64,000 nucleotides of DNA from Paraspadella gotoi (Eukaryota; Animalia; Chaetognatha). A program made the translations under genes and the position numbers. The stretch covers positions 18,569,581 through 18,633,580 of the forward strand of contig CM119264.1 in the NCBI GenBank assembly GCA_051294375.1, given 5' to 3'. Of this stretch, positions 28,501 to 39,387 are shown in pieces; the first letter of the stretch is position 1; each line of letters starts with the position of its first letter. The notes under the pieces were generated by a model. It worked only from the letters and a program-made list of their open reading frames with translations. It was not told the DNA's origin and did no database searches.

Positions 28501-31500
28501 CTGGAGATTATAGATCTGCTGTAAGCAGATCCGGCTAAAAATTCACTTGTAAATCCCACAATGAATTGCTTAATACTTATTTACAAATTTCTGTGTATGT
28601 GTTGTCTCTTCAACAGTTAAAACTCAAACCAATTTTTTTTCCAGAGGTAAAGGTTTGTAAATATGTTGATGACAAAAATTGTGGACTTAACTGTTCCAAA
28701 TGTGAAATTCAATGCAAATCATGCGCGAAAGAACCAATACCGACATGCCCCGACTGTGAAGAAGTGATTACTATACCTTCTTCTGGCAAATGTGGTGGTT
28801 GTTGTCCAAAGTTTCAATGTGTAAAGAAACCGTGCCAAGTATATCCGCCAGTCTCATGTGACAACTGTTCCACCGTGGTTAGAGAAAAAGATAATTGCAA
28901 TTGTTCAAAGCCAGAGATCTGCCAGAGAAAGCAGTGCCCAATTGTAACGCCTGTAACTTGTGATCCATGCCACGAGGACTTATTAGTTGATGACGGAAAT
29001 GGATGTGGATGTAAAAAGCGAATTTGTCATAAAAAAGTTTGTCCTGCTATTGTCATTCCCAAATGTAATGCATGTGAGGAACCAACTGAAGAAAAAGATT
29101 CCTGTAATTGTTCCTCCTTTAAATGCGTTAGGAGGATCTGTCCCGTCTATCCAACTATAAGTTGTAATCAAAAGTGCGATAAACTTTCCAAAATTTTAGA
29201 TCCCTGCGGTTGTGAAAAACCTGTTTGTGAAGAGCACAAATGCGACCCAGTTGTTCGTCCTAATTGCACCGATTGTGAAACTGAAAAAATCGAAAATGAT
29301 ATTTGTGGATGTCCGAGAATAAAATGTGTACCAAAAGAATGCACTGTGTTTCCACCTCTTACTTGCGATAGCTGTTCAGACCTGGTAGAATCAAAAGACG
29401 ATTGCAATTGTCCTAAGCCTTCTCAATGTGTTAAAAGACTGTGCCCAACCAAAGCTCCAGTCGTTTGCACAGATTGTCAGACAAAGGAAGAAGTAGATGA
29501 TGGAAATGGCTGCGGATGTAAAATAGATAAATGTATTGACTACATATGCCCTAAATATCCGGATGTAAATTGTAGTACCTGCCAAGAAAAAAAAAATTAT
29601 ATCACAAAATGTGGTTGTTGGGAACCAAAATGTGAAAAAAAACTTTGTCCAACGTCACCGACTCCAACGTGCAATACTACTTGCAATAGCATCGAGTATC
29701 CTGCAGTGGACCAATGCGGCTGTGTTGGCCCTGCAGAGTGTAAGAAAAATCCATGTCCCACCCACGAAATCCCGACTTGTAATGATTGTCAGGTGCCTGA
29801 GGTTCAGGAATATGGTTCATGCGGATGTAAAAAGACAATTTGTGTTGATGCAGCATGTCCGATTTATCCAACAACCTCATGCACAATTTGCCAGAAGCCT
29901 AAAATTACACAAGACAATTGTGGGTGTTCCAAGGCAATTTGTGAAGATTTACCAGATCCTAACGAAGTAAAACCAACCTGCCGTCCATGCGAAACAGTAG
30001 CAGAATACAAAGACCAATGTGGATTTACACACTATTCTTGCCAAAAAGCAGTTTGTCCAAATATTGAAATAACGACATGTTCTCCTTGCCAAACATTGCA
30101 CACAAAAATAGATGATTGTAACTGCACCTATTTTGCGGAATGTGTTCAAAACGCGTGTCCAACAGAAACTCCCTTGGTTTGTAATTCATGTGAAGATAAA
30201 ATTGCTATTGGTGGTCACTGCGGATGTTTCACTCATACTTGTTCACGCAAACCCTGCCCTAATGAGCCGTCACCAAAATGTGGTGAATGTGAAACTTTGA
30301 AAGAAGTGAGAGATGATTGTAACTGCTCAAAACAGGTCTGCCAGGCTCACACTTGTCCTCCAATTTCAACCCCAGGATGCAATCTACCATGTGAAGAGTT
30401 ATTCATACCTAAAGATCGTTGCAATTGTGAAGTTGATGGTATTTGCATAAAAAAACCGTGTCCTACATCAGTGGCACCTACTTGTAATGAATGCCAAAAT
30501 TTAACAACAAAGCTTTCAGAACCATGTAATTGCCCGAAAGAGGTTTGTGAGGATTTGATTTGTCCAACTTACCCAATTCCTGATTGTTCTGAATGTGAAG
30601 GCCCGCAAACTGAAAAAGATAATTGTGGTTGCTCAAGACAAGTTTGCAAAAAAGTCGTTTATCCTATACCAACCCCTCCAGTATGTTCCACGTGTGAAAC
30701 TCTCAATAAAGTAACTGGTAACTGTGGTAAAATACAATATTTTTGTAGCAAATTGACTTGTCCCACTGTAAATATAACAGATTGTGGTCCTTGCAATGTT
30801 CTTACTCATAAAAAAACTGAATGTAACTGTACCATACCCGTTTGTGAAGCAAAGGTGTGTCCACCTACTATAGTTCCCCCAACTTGTCCCCCTTGTGAAG
30901 AGTTACATGAGACCAAAGAATGTGGTTGTTCAGTTTACAGTTGTAAACGATCAGAATGCTCTACTCCTACTGCTCCAACGTGTGACTTATGTCAAATACC
31001 GACAGAAAGGAGAGATCATTGTGGCTGTGAATATAAAGCATGTGATAAAAAGCCATGCCCTGTCACTCATACTCTTAACTGTACCGATTGTGAAAGAGTC
31101 AACACAAGTAGAACAGAATGCGGTTGCATTATTGAGAACTGTGTCAAGAAAGATTGTGTGCTTTATCAGGATCCAGAATGTGATAAAAATTGTGAATCAC
31201 TGCAAAAGCCAAAACCTGATGCTTGTGGATGCATAGGACCATCGTCATGTAAAAAAGTACCATGCCCAATTTATCCTTCACCCACATGCAATATTTGCCA
31301 AGAGCCAAAAGTTGAACTCACTGAACCTTGTGGTTGTAACAGAACAGTATGCAAGCGAAAAGCCTGTCCAACTTATCCTACGCCTACTTGCAACGATTGT
31401 CAACAAAGTGATGTTGTACAAGACGGTTGTGATTGTGATAAAATCACATGCGTGGATAAAATATTTCCCCCCATAGTAAAGCCAACTTGCGCCCCTTGTG

Positions 31501-32830
31501 AGGAATTAACGGAATATAAGGACCATTGCAACGTCACTCACTATGCGTGTAGAAGGGAAGTTTGTCCAGACATAACTTTACCGACGTGTACGCCTTGTCA
31601 AGAATTACGAACAAAAAACACTTCATGTGGATGCCTCTATTTTGCCGAGTGCGTTCCAAAACCTTGCGAGATTTTCCCAGTCCCTACTTGTAGTTCGTGT
31701 GAAGAGCCATACACGGACATGGTTGATTGTGGCTGTCCAATCATTAAGTGTAAAAGAAAGCCATGCGAGAACAGGCCCTCCCCAAATTGTACAGACTGTC
31801 AAGTTATCACGTCCAGTACAGATGAATGTGGATGTACAGAGCAGTTTTGCGAGAAACAAAAGTGCAAACCTTTGCCAACTGCACCGCCGACCTGCGGTGT
31901 TTGCGAAGTGGCGACTATAGAAAAGGACAAGTGCCAATGCGATGAATGGAAATGCGAGCGCGCGAAGTGCGCGACAACTGAGACGCCCGTTTGCGATTCC
32001 TTGTGTCAAGAAATTTTAACGGAAAAGGATGTTTGTGATTGCCCAACATCAAAATGTCGAGACAAAACTTGTCCTGATCCAGTTATGCCAAACTGCTCCC
32101 CATGCAAATCTGTCACAAATAGTACAAACCAGTGCGGTTGTTTGATTCTGGAATGCAAGATAAAAATTTGCCCCACCCCAATTCCAGTCAGCTGTTCAAC
32201 GTGTGAACAACCCGACACAGAACAAGATGTTTGTGGTTGTGATCAGAATACATGCAAGAAAAAAGTATGTCCGACTTTGCCCATTCCTACATGTCTGGAT
32301 TGTGAAGAGCCCGTTCTCGAGAAGGACGAATGCGGATGTAACAAATGGGTATGCCGCAAAGAAGAGTGCACCTACTTTCCCCTTCCAAACTGCACAAACT
32401 GCCAAGTTGGGCGACTCATTAAAGATAAATGCGGATGTCCAATCCCTGTTTGTGATAAGAAAACTTGCCCGCCTCCGTCTAACAAAACATGCCCATCCTG
32501 CGATGAACCTTTCACTGATTACGATGAATGCGGATGCGAGGTAGTTTAGTGAAAGATAATATTTCAATAATAAATAATATTTTTTGTACCCATAATACAA
32601 GAGTAAATTTTAAACTTGGTTTTTTGTATATGTTAAACTTATATATTTAATATAAGTATTATTTGCATACTTAGAGAATTGACAAAGTTTTTTGTTTGCA
32701 ACAAATTTTATTTATAGTTGAACAGAACATGTTTCGCACTTGTTTTACAAGTCTTCATCAGCGTTTTGACAGAATGGTTTAAAAATTTGTGCATAAGAAG
32801 TCTCACCACTTTGTTGGAAAACTTTTACCC

Positions 32831-32865
<35 letters not shown>

Positions 32866-35082
32866 TATGCCACAATTTTTAAAACCATTCTGTCAAAAAC
32901 GCTGATGAAGACTTGTAAAACAAGTCGAAACATGTCTGTTCAACTATAAATAAAATTCGTTGCAAACAAAAACTTTCTGTTCTCACCACTTTGTTGGAAA
33001 ACTTTTACCCATTCCTCTCTCTCTCTCATCTTCTCTCTCTCTCTCTCTTTATGCACAAATTTTAAACCATTCAAGTCAAAACGCTGATGAAAACTTGTAA
33101 AACAAGTCGAAAACAGTCTGTTCAAACTATAAATATAAAATTTGTTGCAAACAAAAACTTTGTCTATTCTCTAATTAATAGTAAGCAACGAAAAAGAAGG
33201 ATTACTTCGCAATATTTGCATACTAATAAATTCATTTTCATCCATAATCTCTCAGGAAAGAAAATGCAGAAAGAGGCCATGCGCCAACTCCAATCCGCCC
33301 GCCTGCACCGAGTGCCAGCTTCTCAAGGAGGAAGTCGTCGATTGGACTGCAAAGTCTCCAAATGCGTCAAAAAAGATTGCATCTCATGGCCGAAACCCAA
33401 CGTGCACCGAATGCCAAGAAAGATCTGTAGAATATACGACCCTTGCGGTTGTCCCAATGAAGTCTGCGGTAAGTTGTTTACGTCTTTTGTTTTATTTTTT
33501 CGAGTGAAAGAAAATTTTAAGTCGCTCTTCTTNNNNNNNNNNNNNNNNNNNNNNNNNNNNNNNNNNNNNNNNNNNNNNNNNNNAAAGATAATATTTCAAT
33601 AATAAATAATATTTTTTGTACCAAAATAACAGAGTAAATTTAAAGCTGTTTTTTTTGTATATGTTAAACTTATATATTTATATTAAGTATTATTTGCATA
33701 CTAAAATAAATTCATTTTAATCCATAATCTCAGGAAAGAAAATGCAGAAAGAGGCCATGCGCAACTCAAACTCCGCCCGCCTGCACCGAATGCCAGCTTC
33801 TCAAGGAGGAAGTCGTCGATTGCGACTGCAAAGTCTCCAAATGCGTCAAAAAAGATTGCATCTCATGGCCGAAACCCAACTGCACCGAATGCCAAGAAAG
33901 ATCTGTAGAATACGACCCTTGCGGTTGTCCCAATGAAGTCTGCGGTAAGTTGTTTACGTCTTTTGTTTTATTTTTCGAGTGAAAGAAAATTTTAGTCCTT
34001 GATGTTGAAACGAGTTAATCTGATTCTATCATGGTCTTTGTCTTAATATGGCCTCCCTTTGTTTTTCCTTTATATAAAGTTTTATGTCCGAAGTCAGATA
34101 AAATAAAGGAGTATGAGTAAACCCGTAATTTATGCTTTCTTTCCCTTACCTCCTCTCAGTTCCCCTGACGTGTCCGACGCCAACGCTCCCTGCTTGCGGA
34201 GATTGTCAGACCCCGCAACAGATGGAAGGGATGTGCGGTTGCAAGATCAACTATTGCAAAGCGATGAACTACAGCGAGGAATGCATCATCAATGGCGTGA
34301 GCCACCCGATTGGCGCAACGTGGCCTAATCCTTTCGACCTCAAATGCGGCGTGTGCAAGTGCATCAAAGGCGACAAATGCATGGGCGCCAAAACCGAGTG
34401 TGAATCCCCATCGAAGAACTGTACCGTGACCTGCAAGAGCGGAGAGTGGTACTACCCACCAACGAAGGAAGAATGCGCTAACAGCTGCGGACCTTGCTGC
34501 GGAAAATGCGGACCGCGTGAGTTGCGAAAATGAGATACTATCTGTATCGAGATTTTCCTTTCATAGTGTTTTGATTTGAAAATTTTAATGAATCGTTACA
34601 TAATTAAAGATGTTAAAGGAATTAAAGGAAATTCCTTCAAATCTCTTTCTCAGCCAAGTGTAACGCTGAGGATGACTTCATCCCGGCCGACAAAACCGTC
34701 GGCCTCCTAAAGACCGTCAAGTCGAATCAAGGAAAGCGCGGCGTCGCCCAGATCAATTGCACCAACCGCGATCAGATTTTTGGCCTCAGGAGATGCTCCG
34801 GCGCTTGCGGCAAGTCTCAATTCGAGCACTGGACTCTCTTGCCGCACACCGACTGTAAATGCTGCAAGCCGACGGTGAGTGACGAGGTGTAGGATCGGAA
34901 AGTTACGATTGAGTTTTCATTTGCAAAGTCGCATTTTATTTTTTCAGAAAACGGAAGTGAAGACCGTGAAAATGTACTGTGAGGACGACACCACCTACAT
35001 TCAATCAGTGACAAATCCCACGGTTTGCGATTGCGTCATTTGCGACCAAGATTTTGGAGGAAAAAAGAGAGAGCTCAATTAA
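12565..35082 (+). CDS. Multi-exon vWF/gel-forming mucin/hemolectin-otogelin-like secreted protein (TIL-VWD-C8-TIL-TIL-VWD-C8-TIL, unique domain, Cys-repeat array, VWC, CTCK); 5' exons lie inverted at 10.3-12.5 kb
   Basis: GT-AG exons translated by hand: 12565-12691 (GCRCPTGTVLHEGRC..CPC..KKDCNTC), 12770-13017 ([27 protein letters not shown]), 13174-13365, 13446-13652 (GLCGTFNHVQKDDF), 13758-13863, 13993-14081, 14202-14436, indel-rich exons ~14550-17811, 22022-22205, ~22300-22411, 28645-32540, 33734-33944, 34160-34516, 34654-34874 (CSGAC..CKCC), 34948-35082 (CDC..stop). The VWD/C8/TIL/VWC/CTCK motifs match the established vWF-family signatures. Confidence 0.9.
17811..21930 (+). repeat. Third, error-rich copy of ~21956-29365 lacking the 3.3-kb intronic insertion; ends at a 25-N gap
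   Basis: Repeats exons 22022-22205 and ~22300-22411, intron sequence and the first ~720 bp of the big exon (from 21176), with dense single-base indels. Confidence 0.85.
22502..25823 (+). mobile_element. Non-autonomous Helentron/HINE (DINE-1)-like element, ~3.3 kb, intronic
   Basis: Starts ATCGAGCC + hairpin cctgacc-ggcgaagcc-ggtcagg + (GTC)n tract. Ends with subterminal inverted GGCTCGAT inside atcgaaagcggctcgat. Inserted in a T-run without TSD; empty site at ~18370-18390. Internal tandem units with (CT)n. Confidence 0.65.
28645..32540 (+). CDS. Single 3.9-kb exon encoding about 38 tandem ~33-36 aa six-cysteine repeats
   Basis: Uninterrupted ORF between acceptor ttccAG (28643-44) and donor GT (32541). 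Unit is C-P-x6-C-x2/3-C-x9-11-C-[GND]-C-x4/5-C-x4. Exon phases fit the neighbouring exons. Confidence 0.93.
32721..32765 (-). ncRNA. Hammerhead motif, inverted copy with two 1-nt insertions
   Basis: Minus strand reads aacgCTGATGAagacttgtaaaacaagtgcGAAAcatgttctgtt. Confidence 0.65.
32898..32940 (+). ncRNA. Minimal type I hammerhead ribozyme
   Basis: aacg-CTGATGA-a-gacttgt(aaa)acaagtc-GAAA-catg-TC-tgtt: conserved core, 7-bp stem II, palindromic ACATGT stem III, GUC cleavage triplet (after 32936), short stem I. Confidence 0.85.
33080..33122 (+). ncRNA. Hammerhead motif, degenerate tandem copy
   Basis: aacgCTGATGAaaacttgtaaaacaagtcGAAAacagtctgtt; the stem II closing pair and stem III are altered. 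Confidence 0.5.
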
Positions 35083-35159
35083 ATGAATAAGTCCGAATTA
35101 TTTTTGCGTAAACTTGTAAATTTTTTCATCTGATTTTGTATCCCTGATTTTTACTTTTT

Positions 35160-35165
35160 AATAAA
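35160..35165 (+). promoter_or_regulatory. Candidate polyadenylation signal of the vWF/mucin-like gene
   Basis: AATAAA 78 bp after the stop codon at 35082. The context is AT-rich, so specificity is limited. Confidence 0.45.
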
Positions 35166-35714
35166 ATATAGTGATTGGATTTTTTTTTTTCAATTTGAAT
35201 GATTCTGCGTAAGTCATACAACAATCAGCCAGAATATTGGATTTTTGATAAAATCTCCTAATGCTTTGAAGAAACTGTGAGCATAATGCTTGCGTAGTTG
35301 AATAAACAAAAATAAATTCAACTCCTAAGAAAAAAAAAAGTCCGGTAATTTGGTATTCTATTTAATAAATACATAGTTCTTAATTCCATTTTAAGCAAAT
35401 TTTCCAGCAAAATTTCGCTTAATTCGTCGTCTATTTGAATCGTAATCTCGCATCCGACCTCAGATTCTCCGATTCCTCTTCCTCTTCTCTTTTCTCCTCC
35501 TCCTCCTCCTCCTCCTCCTCCTCCCTTCCTATCGGCCTTCTACTCCCCTCCCTTTTCTTTCCCTATTTCCATTGACAAAATCAAAAAAGTGAATAAGAAA
35601 ATAACTTTACCATGAAGTGACGTTTCGATTTTTATAATCAAAACCAAAAACCTTGTGGACAACTTTTTATTTGATTTTTTTGGGGGGATGACCTTCCATA
35701 ATAGGCTGTCTACA

Positions 35715-36179
35715 ATGGCCTTTGAGTCGGACAGAACGTCGTGCAAAATCCCTCTTCATCCGGGCAGAAGATCATTAGCGAGCATTCGATCGGAAAAGCT
35801 ATCCATCTTCCTTCTCGTCGTCGTCTTTTCTTTCTCTTTGGCGTCGGAATCGGCGACGGCGTCGCCAAAGTCGACGAAGAAAGTAGACGTTTCGACGCCG
35901 TCCGATGACTTCGTCCCTCTGGAGATTAAAGGGAGAATGAAAAATATTAAAAACAAAGAATTGCTTAAATCTATGACGACGACAACCTCGTCGACGATGG
36001 CAACAACGACGACGAGGACCGAAACGTTCGATTTAGATTCACCCGATCGCGAGGGAAAAGCGGAGGCGATCACGGAGAGACCGCAGAGAGAAAAGAAGAC
36101 CCACGGTTCGATAAAGGACGATCGGTTGTTTCAACGCAAAGACCGAACTCCTGAAGAACTTCCTTTCTCGATGGAGCAA
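35715..36179 (+). CDS. Probable first exon of an unidentified secreted or membrane protein (hydrophobic segment, then Ser/Thr-rich region)
   Basis: ATG 35715, GC-rich 155-codon ORF containing LSIFLLVVVFSFSLA and MTTTTSSTMATTTT, ending at a CAA|GTGAGT donor. Downstream exons not resolved. Confidence 0.5.
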
Positions 36180-39100
36180 GTGAGTTGTGTTTGTGATACA
36201 TTATTAAGGTATGGTAATGTAATAAGTATTTCACCGCCTGGAATAGAAAACAAAGTAATTTTCTGCACGCATTCTTTGCCCACCCAAAACGTATTTTCCT
36301 GTATGAGATGATAATACCTATCGTGCGTTAGAATTTTATGTGACTTATTTTTTAATAACAATTTTTACAAAGACTAGGATAGCGACGACGACGACGACGA
36401 AAGAAAGGGAAAAAAGCTAATTTAATTTAATGCTGTACTACATAGTGTCAGAAAATATTTCAAATTACTACTTTAAAAAATAAATATCAAATCTTTTACG
36501 TGAAATGTTTCTTTTCTTTTATGCAAAAGTATGTAATATAGTAGTTTTACAATTTAGTTACTTCAGAAAAAATAAAAAAATAACTTGGTCGCAAAATGAT
36601 AATAACAAAAAAGGATTGGAGTTTATTTACGGGAGTCATAGCTGAATTTTATCTCCCACCGCTTTCACCCCCGCAAAAAAAAAAGATATTCTCCGATTCT
36701 CTGAAATTCTGTTTATTTTTTGTATCAAATTCGATCGTTCTAAGATACATGCATACATTGCACCACTTTTAAAATTTTGGTGGCCCAAAAACTCATTGCG
36801 GTGCCAAGCGCCACCTGTAAAGAGATTCGTCTAGGGGGTTAATGACCAACTAATTCATTGGAACCCTCATATCTACTTTTTTCTTTCTCTCTACATACTA
36901 CTTTATACATGGCAAAAAAAAAAGGATTATATTATAATCTCGGATTATTCTATTCAGGTAGCAGATTTTGCGACTTAAATGACATCGATTCGGTTCCTGC
37001 TGTTTAACCTTTGGGTCGAATCCAGATTTTTTTATCTCTTCCTTTGTTCTACAAGAAAAAAAAAATCTTTGTTTACAAGTTTTTTTTAGTTTAATTTTTT
37101 GGGATTTAGAGATCGCCAAAAACCCGTTGTTATGCTTATTTTAGGTGTTGTTAGCTTAAGAAAAAGAAAGAGCGAGAAAGAGAAAAAGAAGGTGAAAGAG
37201 AGATATTGGGGTAAAAATGAAGAAATACAATCTTTTCTTTTTTATGCCTTGTTTTCAACCTAACTAAAAAAGCTTTCCTTAAAAAACCCTTTCTTAATCG
37301 ATGTCACAAAAAATACGAAATTAAGTTGAAATTATGGAATTGTAGCAGCCACCGAATACTGAAAAAATGAACAGGGCAGCCACTTTTTTATAATCTTTGG
37401 TGAGAATAACAGTTTTATAATCTTTGAGAGAGAATAATCCAGCTAAGTGACGATAACTTTGATGTAGATAATCATTTAAAAATGTAAATAAAACATCTTC
37501 AAAATATCCAGAGCAAAAATGTTAAATATAATAATATATATATATATAAAAGGTTAAATATATATATATATATACGTGACTGAAAAGCTCGCGCTATAAA
37601 CAAAATTTAAACCTATTCTAATGCATTACATAAAAACAAATTAACGAGGAGCGATATTTAGTTTTAAACTCATTCGCAAACAGTTGATTTCGAGAAAATT
37701 ATGCCTAAATCTTAAACAAACTTTCAATTATTTAGTTAAATCCTATTGAAGATAAAAACACTGACTTGATTCTAGATCTTAAAATTTTGAAATTATAACT
37801 GTAAGTAGGGACACATACATCACCACATTGGATCTTTTTGCAAAGTTAGAAGAAGTCGGTTTAAAACGCCTCAGGTCCGTGGAACCGAAAGCCAGGCTGA
37901 TGAATCCGTCTTAAAATAGTGCTAATCATGACCAGCGATATTAGCTTTGTTTTTTAAAAATATTTTTTTCAGCTTCCTTTTTAGCTTTTATTTTAATTTA
38001 CTTATTCTACCGAATCACAGACTCGCTGCTCGAACTTCGTCTCCTCATAAGTTTTCTCGGAAATCCGATCACAGTTCGTCGCGAGTGGATCCTGGAAAGA
38101 GCGCCGTCGTTATCGGCAACGCCGATCGTCTCGCCGGCGGCCGACATCGAACGAACGCTAATCGGCGTCGACGGCGACGTCAACGACGCCGCTTTGCCGC
38201 TCGGCGACGCCTTCGCCACGGAGACTTTCACTTCCGGCGACGGAACCAAAAGGGCGGGGCGGTGCTAGGAAGAAGAGGAAGGGAAGAAACAGAAGAAGGA
38301 GAAAGTGGAAAAGGAGAAGAGGGAAAAAAACCAAAAGGACACCCAACTGAAGACATTAAACGTCGGCTCAGGTTTTTTTTTTAAATTATCATTTTACAAA
38401 GAAATAATTGTAAAAAAAAATTCCCTCCTCTCTTGAAAAAGGAAAAGATTCCGGAAATATTCGCAAAAGTTTTGGAGAAAACCTTCAAAAAAAAGGATCA
38501 ACTCCGCCTTCGTTTCCGACGACTTCTACCGGGCAGTCGAAGCCAAGCCAGCCAAGGATTCTGAGACAGTCACATCGGCCTCTCCACCCTTTACCGCCGC
38601 CTCTTCCGCTTCCTCCACCTCCAACGAAGGGGGCGAAGTCGGTGTCCGGACTTTGCAGTGGCTCGCCGACGACCCTCGTGAGTTCCTTGATTCGGAGAAG
38701 TTAATTTCCTTTTTCACGCTGGTTTATCTCGAGCAAGGAATCTTAGCAACTTGATAGATATCGGGACAAATCGAAGAACTTAAAACATTTTGAAATCCAG
38801 TAATTTTAGAAAGGTCAATTTAAACTAATTTTAGGATTAAAAAAAATTTTAAATGTATCTTATCAAAAGCTCAAATTATTAGCGGGTTTCTTTTTTTTCT
38901 CCTTTTTTTTTTACTAAAAAATTCTAAAAAAAAAAAATTACCAATCGCCTCTCAATTTTGATCTCTCTCTCTCTTTTTTTTCTCCCTCCCCCTCTCTCTC
39001 TCTCTCCAAATTCGAAAAAGTACTGTCTCAATTTTCCCGATTTTCTCCCCGGCATCGAATTCTGTGTGTGTGCTTTTTGTTGTTTTTTTTCTTACTTTTT

Positions 39101-39387
39101 TTCAAAATTTTTTTCCCTTTAATGTTTTTCCCCCTTTTCGGTTCTCACATGTCTCTTGGAACTTTGGTGAGATAATTTCTCTTAAACAAAACCCTTTTTT
39201 TTCCTTTTCGGTTTTTCTTTTAAAGTTTTTTTCTTTGGATGACTTTTCACTTGAAAAAACAAAGCAAAGTTGAAGCGAGTTGAGAATCGTTTTGTCAGAC
39301 TTTGATCACGATTTTTTTATTTGATGAGTCCAATCACCGTTGAAATGATTCTTTGTCTTCTTCATTTATGAAATGTGCAAACAGACA

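Larger units (their letters stand above)
32672..33212 (+). mobile_element. Penelope-like (pLTR-only) non-autonomous insertion: one inverted and two tandem ~180-bp units, each with a hammerhead motif
   Basis: 12-bp direct repeat TATTTGCATACT at 32660-32671 and 33213-33224, single copy at the empty site 33691-33702. Inverted unit 32672-32797, direct units 32801-32980 and 32981-33212. Confidence 0.85.
32550..33980 (+). repeat. Intron plus exon (ERKCRKRPC..EVC) present twice across a 51-N gap
   Basis: ~32552-33515 matches ~33584-33995; exon copies at 33256-33468 and 33734-33944. Only the first copy carries the hammerhead insertion. Confidence 0.85.

Noticed and set aside
28566-32549. Standalone 1327-aa metallothionein- or keratin-associated-like gene
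   Set aside because: The ORF begins at a non-ATG codon in intron-like sequence, and splice sites link it in phase to upstream and CTCK exons.
36664-36842. piggyBac-type MITE (ttca-CCCCC ... GGGGG-TTAA)
   Set aside because: Only ~5 bp of inverted match and an imperfect left TTAA; insufficient evidence.
37870-37910. GAAAgccaggCTGATGA as a permuted hammerhead
   Set aside because: No room for a cleavage triplet and stem I between the two core segments.
38021-38720. GC-rich islands as exon 2 of the gene starting at 35715
   Set aside because: A phase-0 join at 38021 hits a stop after nine codons, and ORFs exist on both strands, so strand and frame are unresolved.
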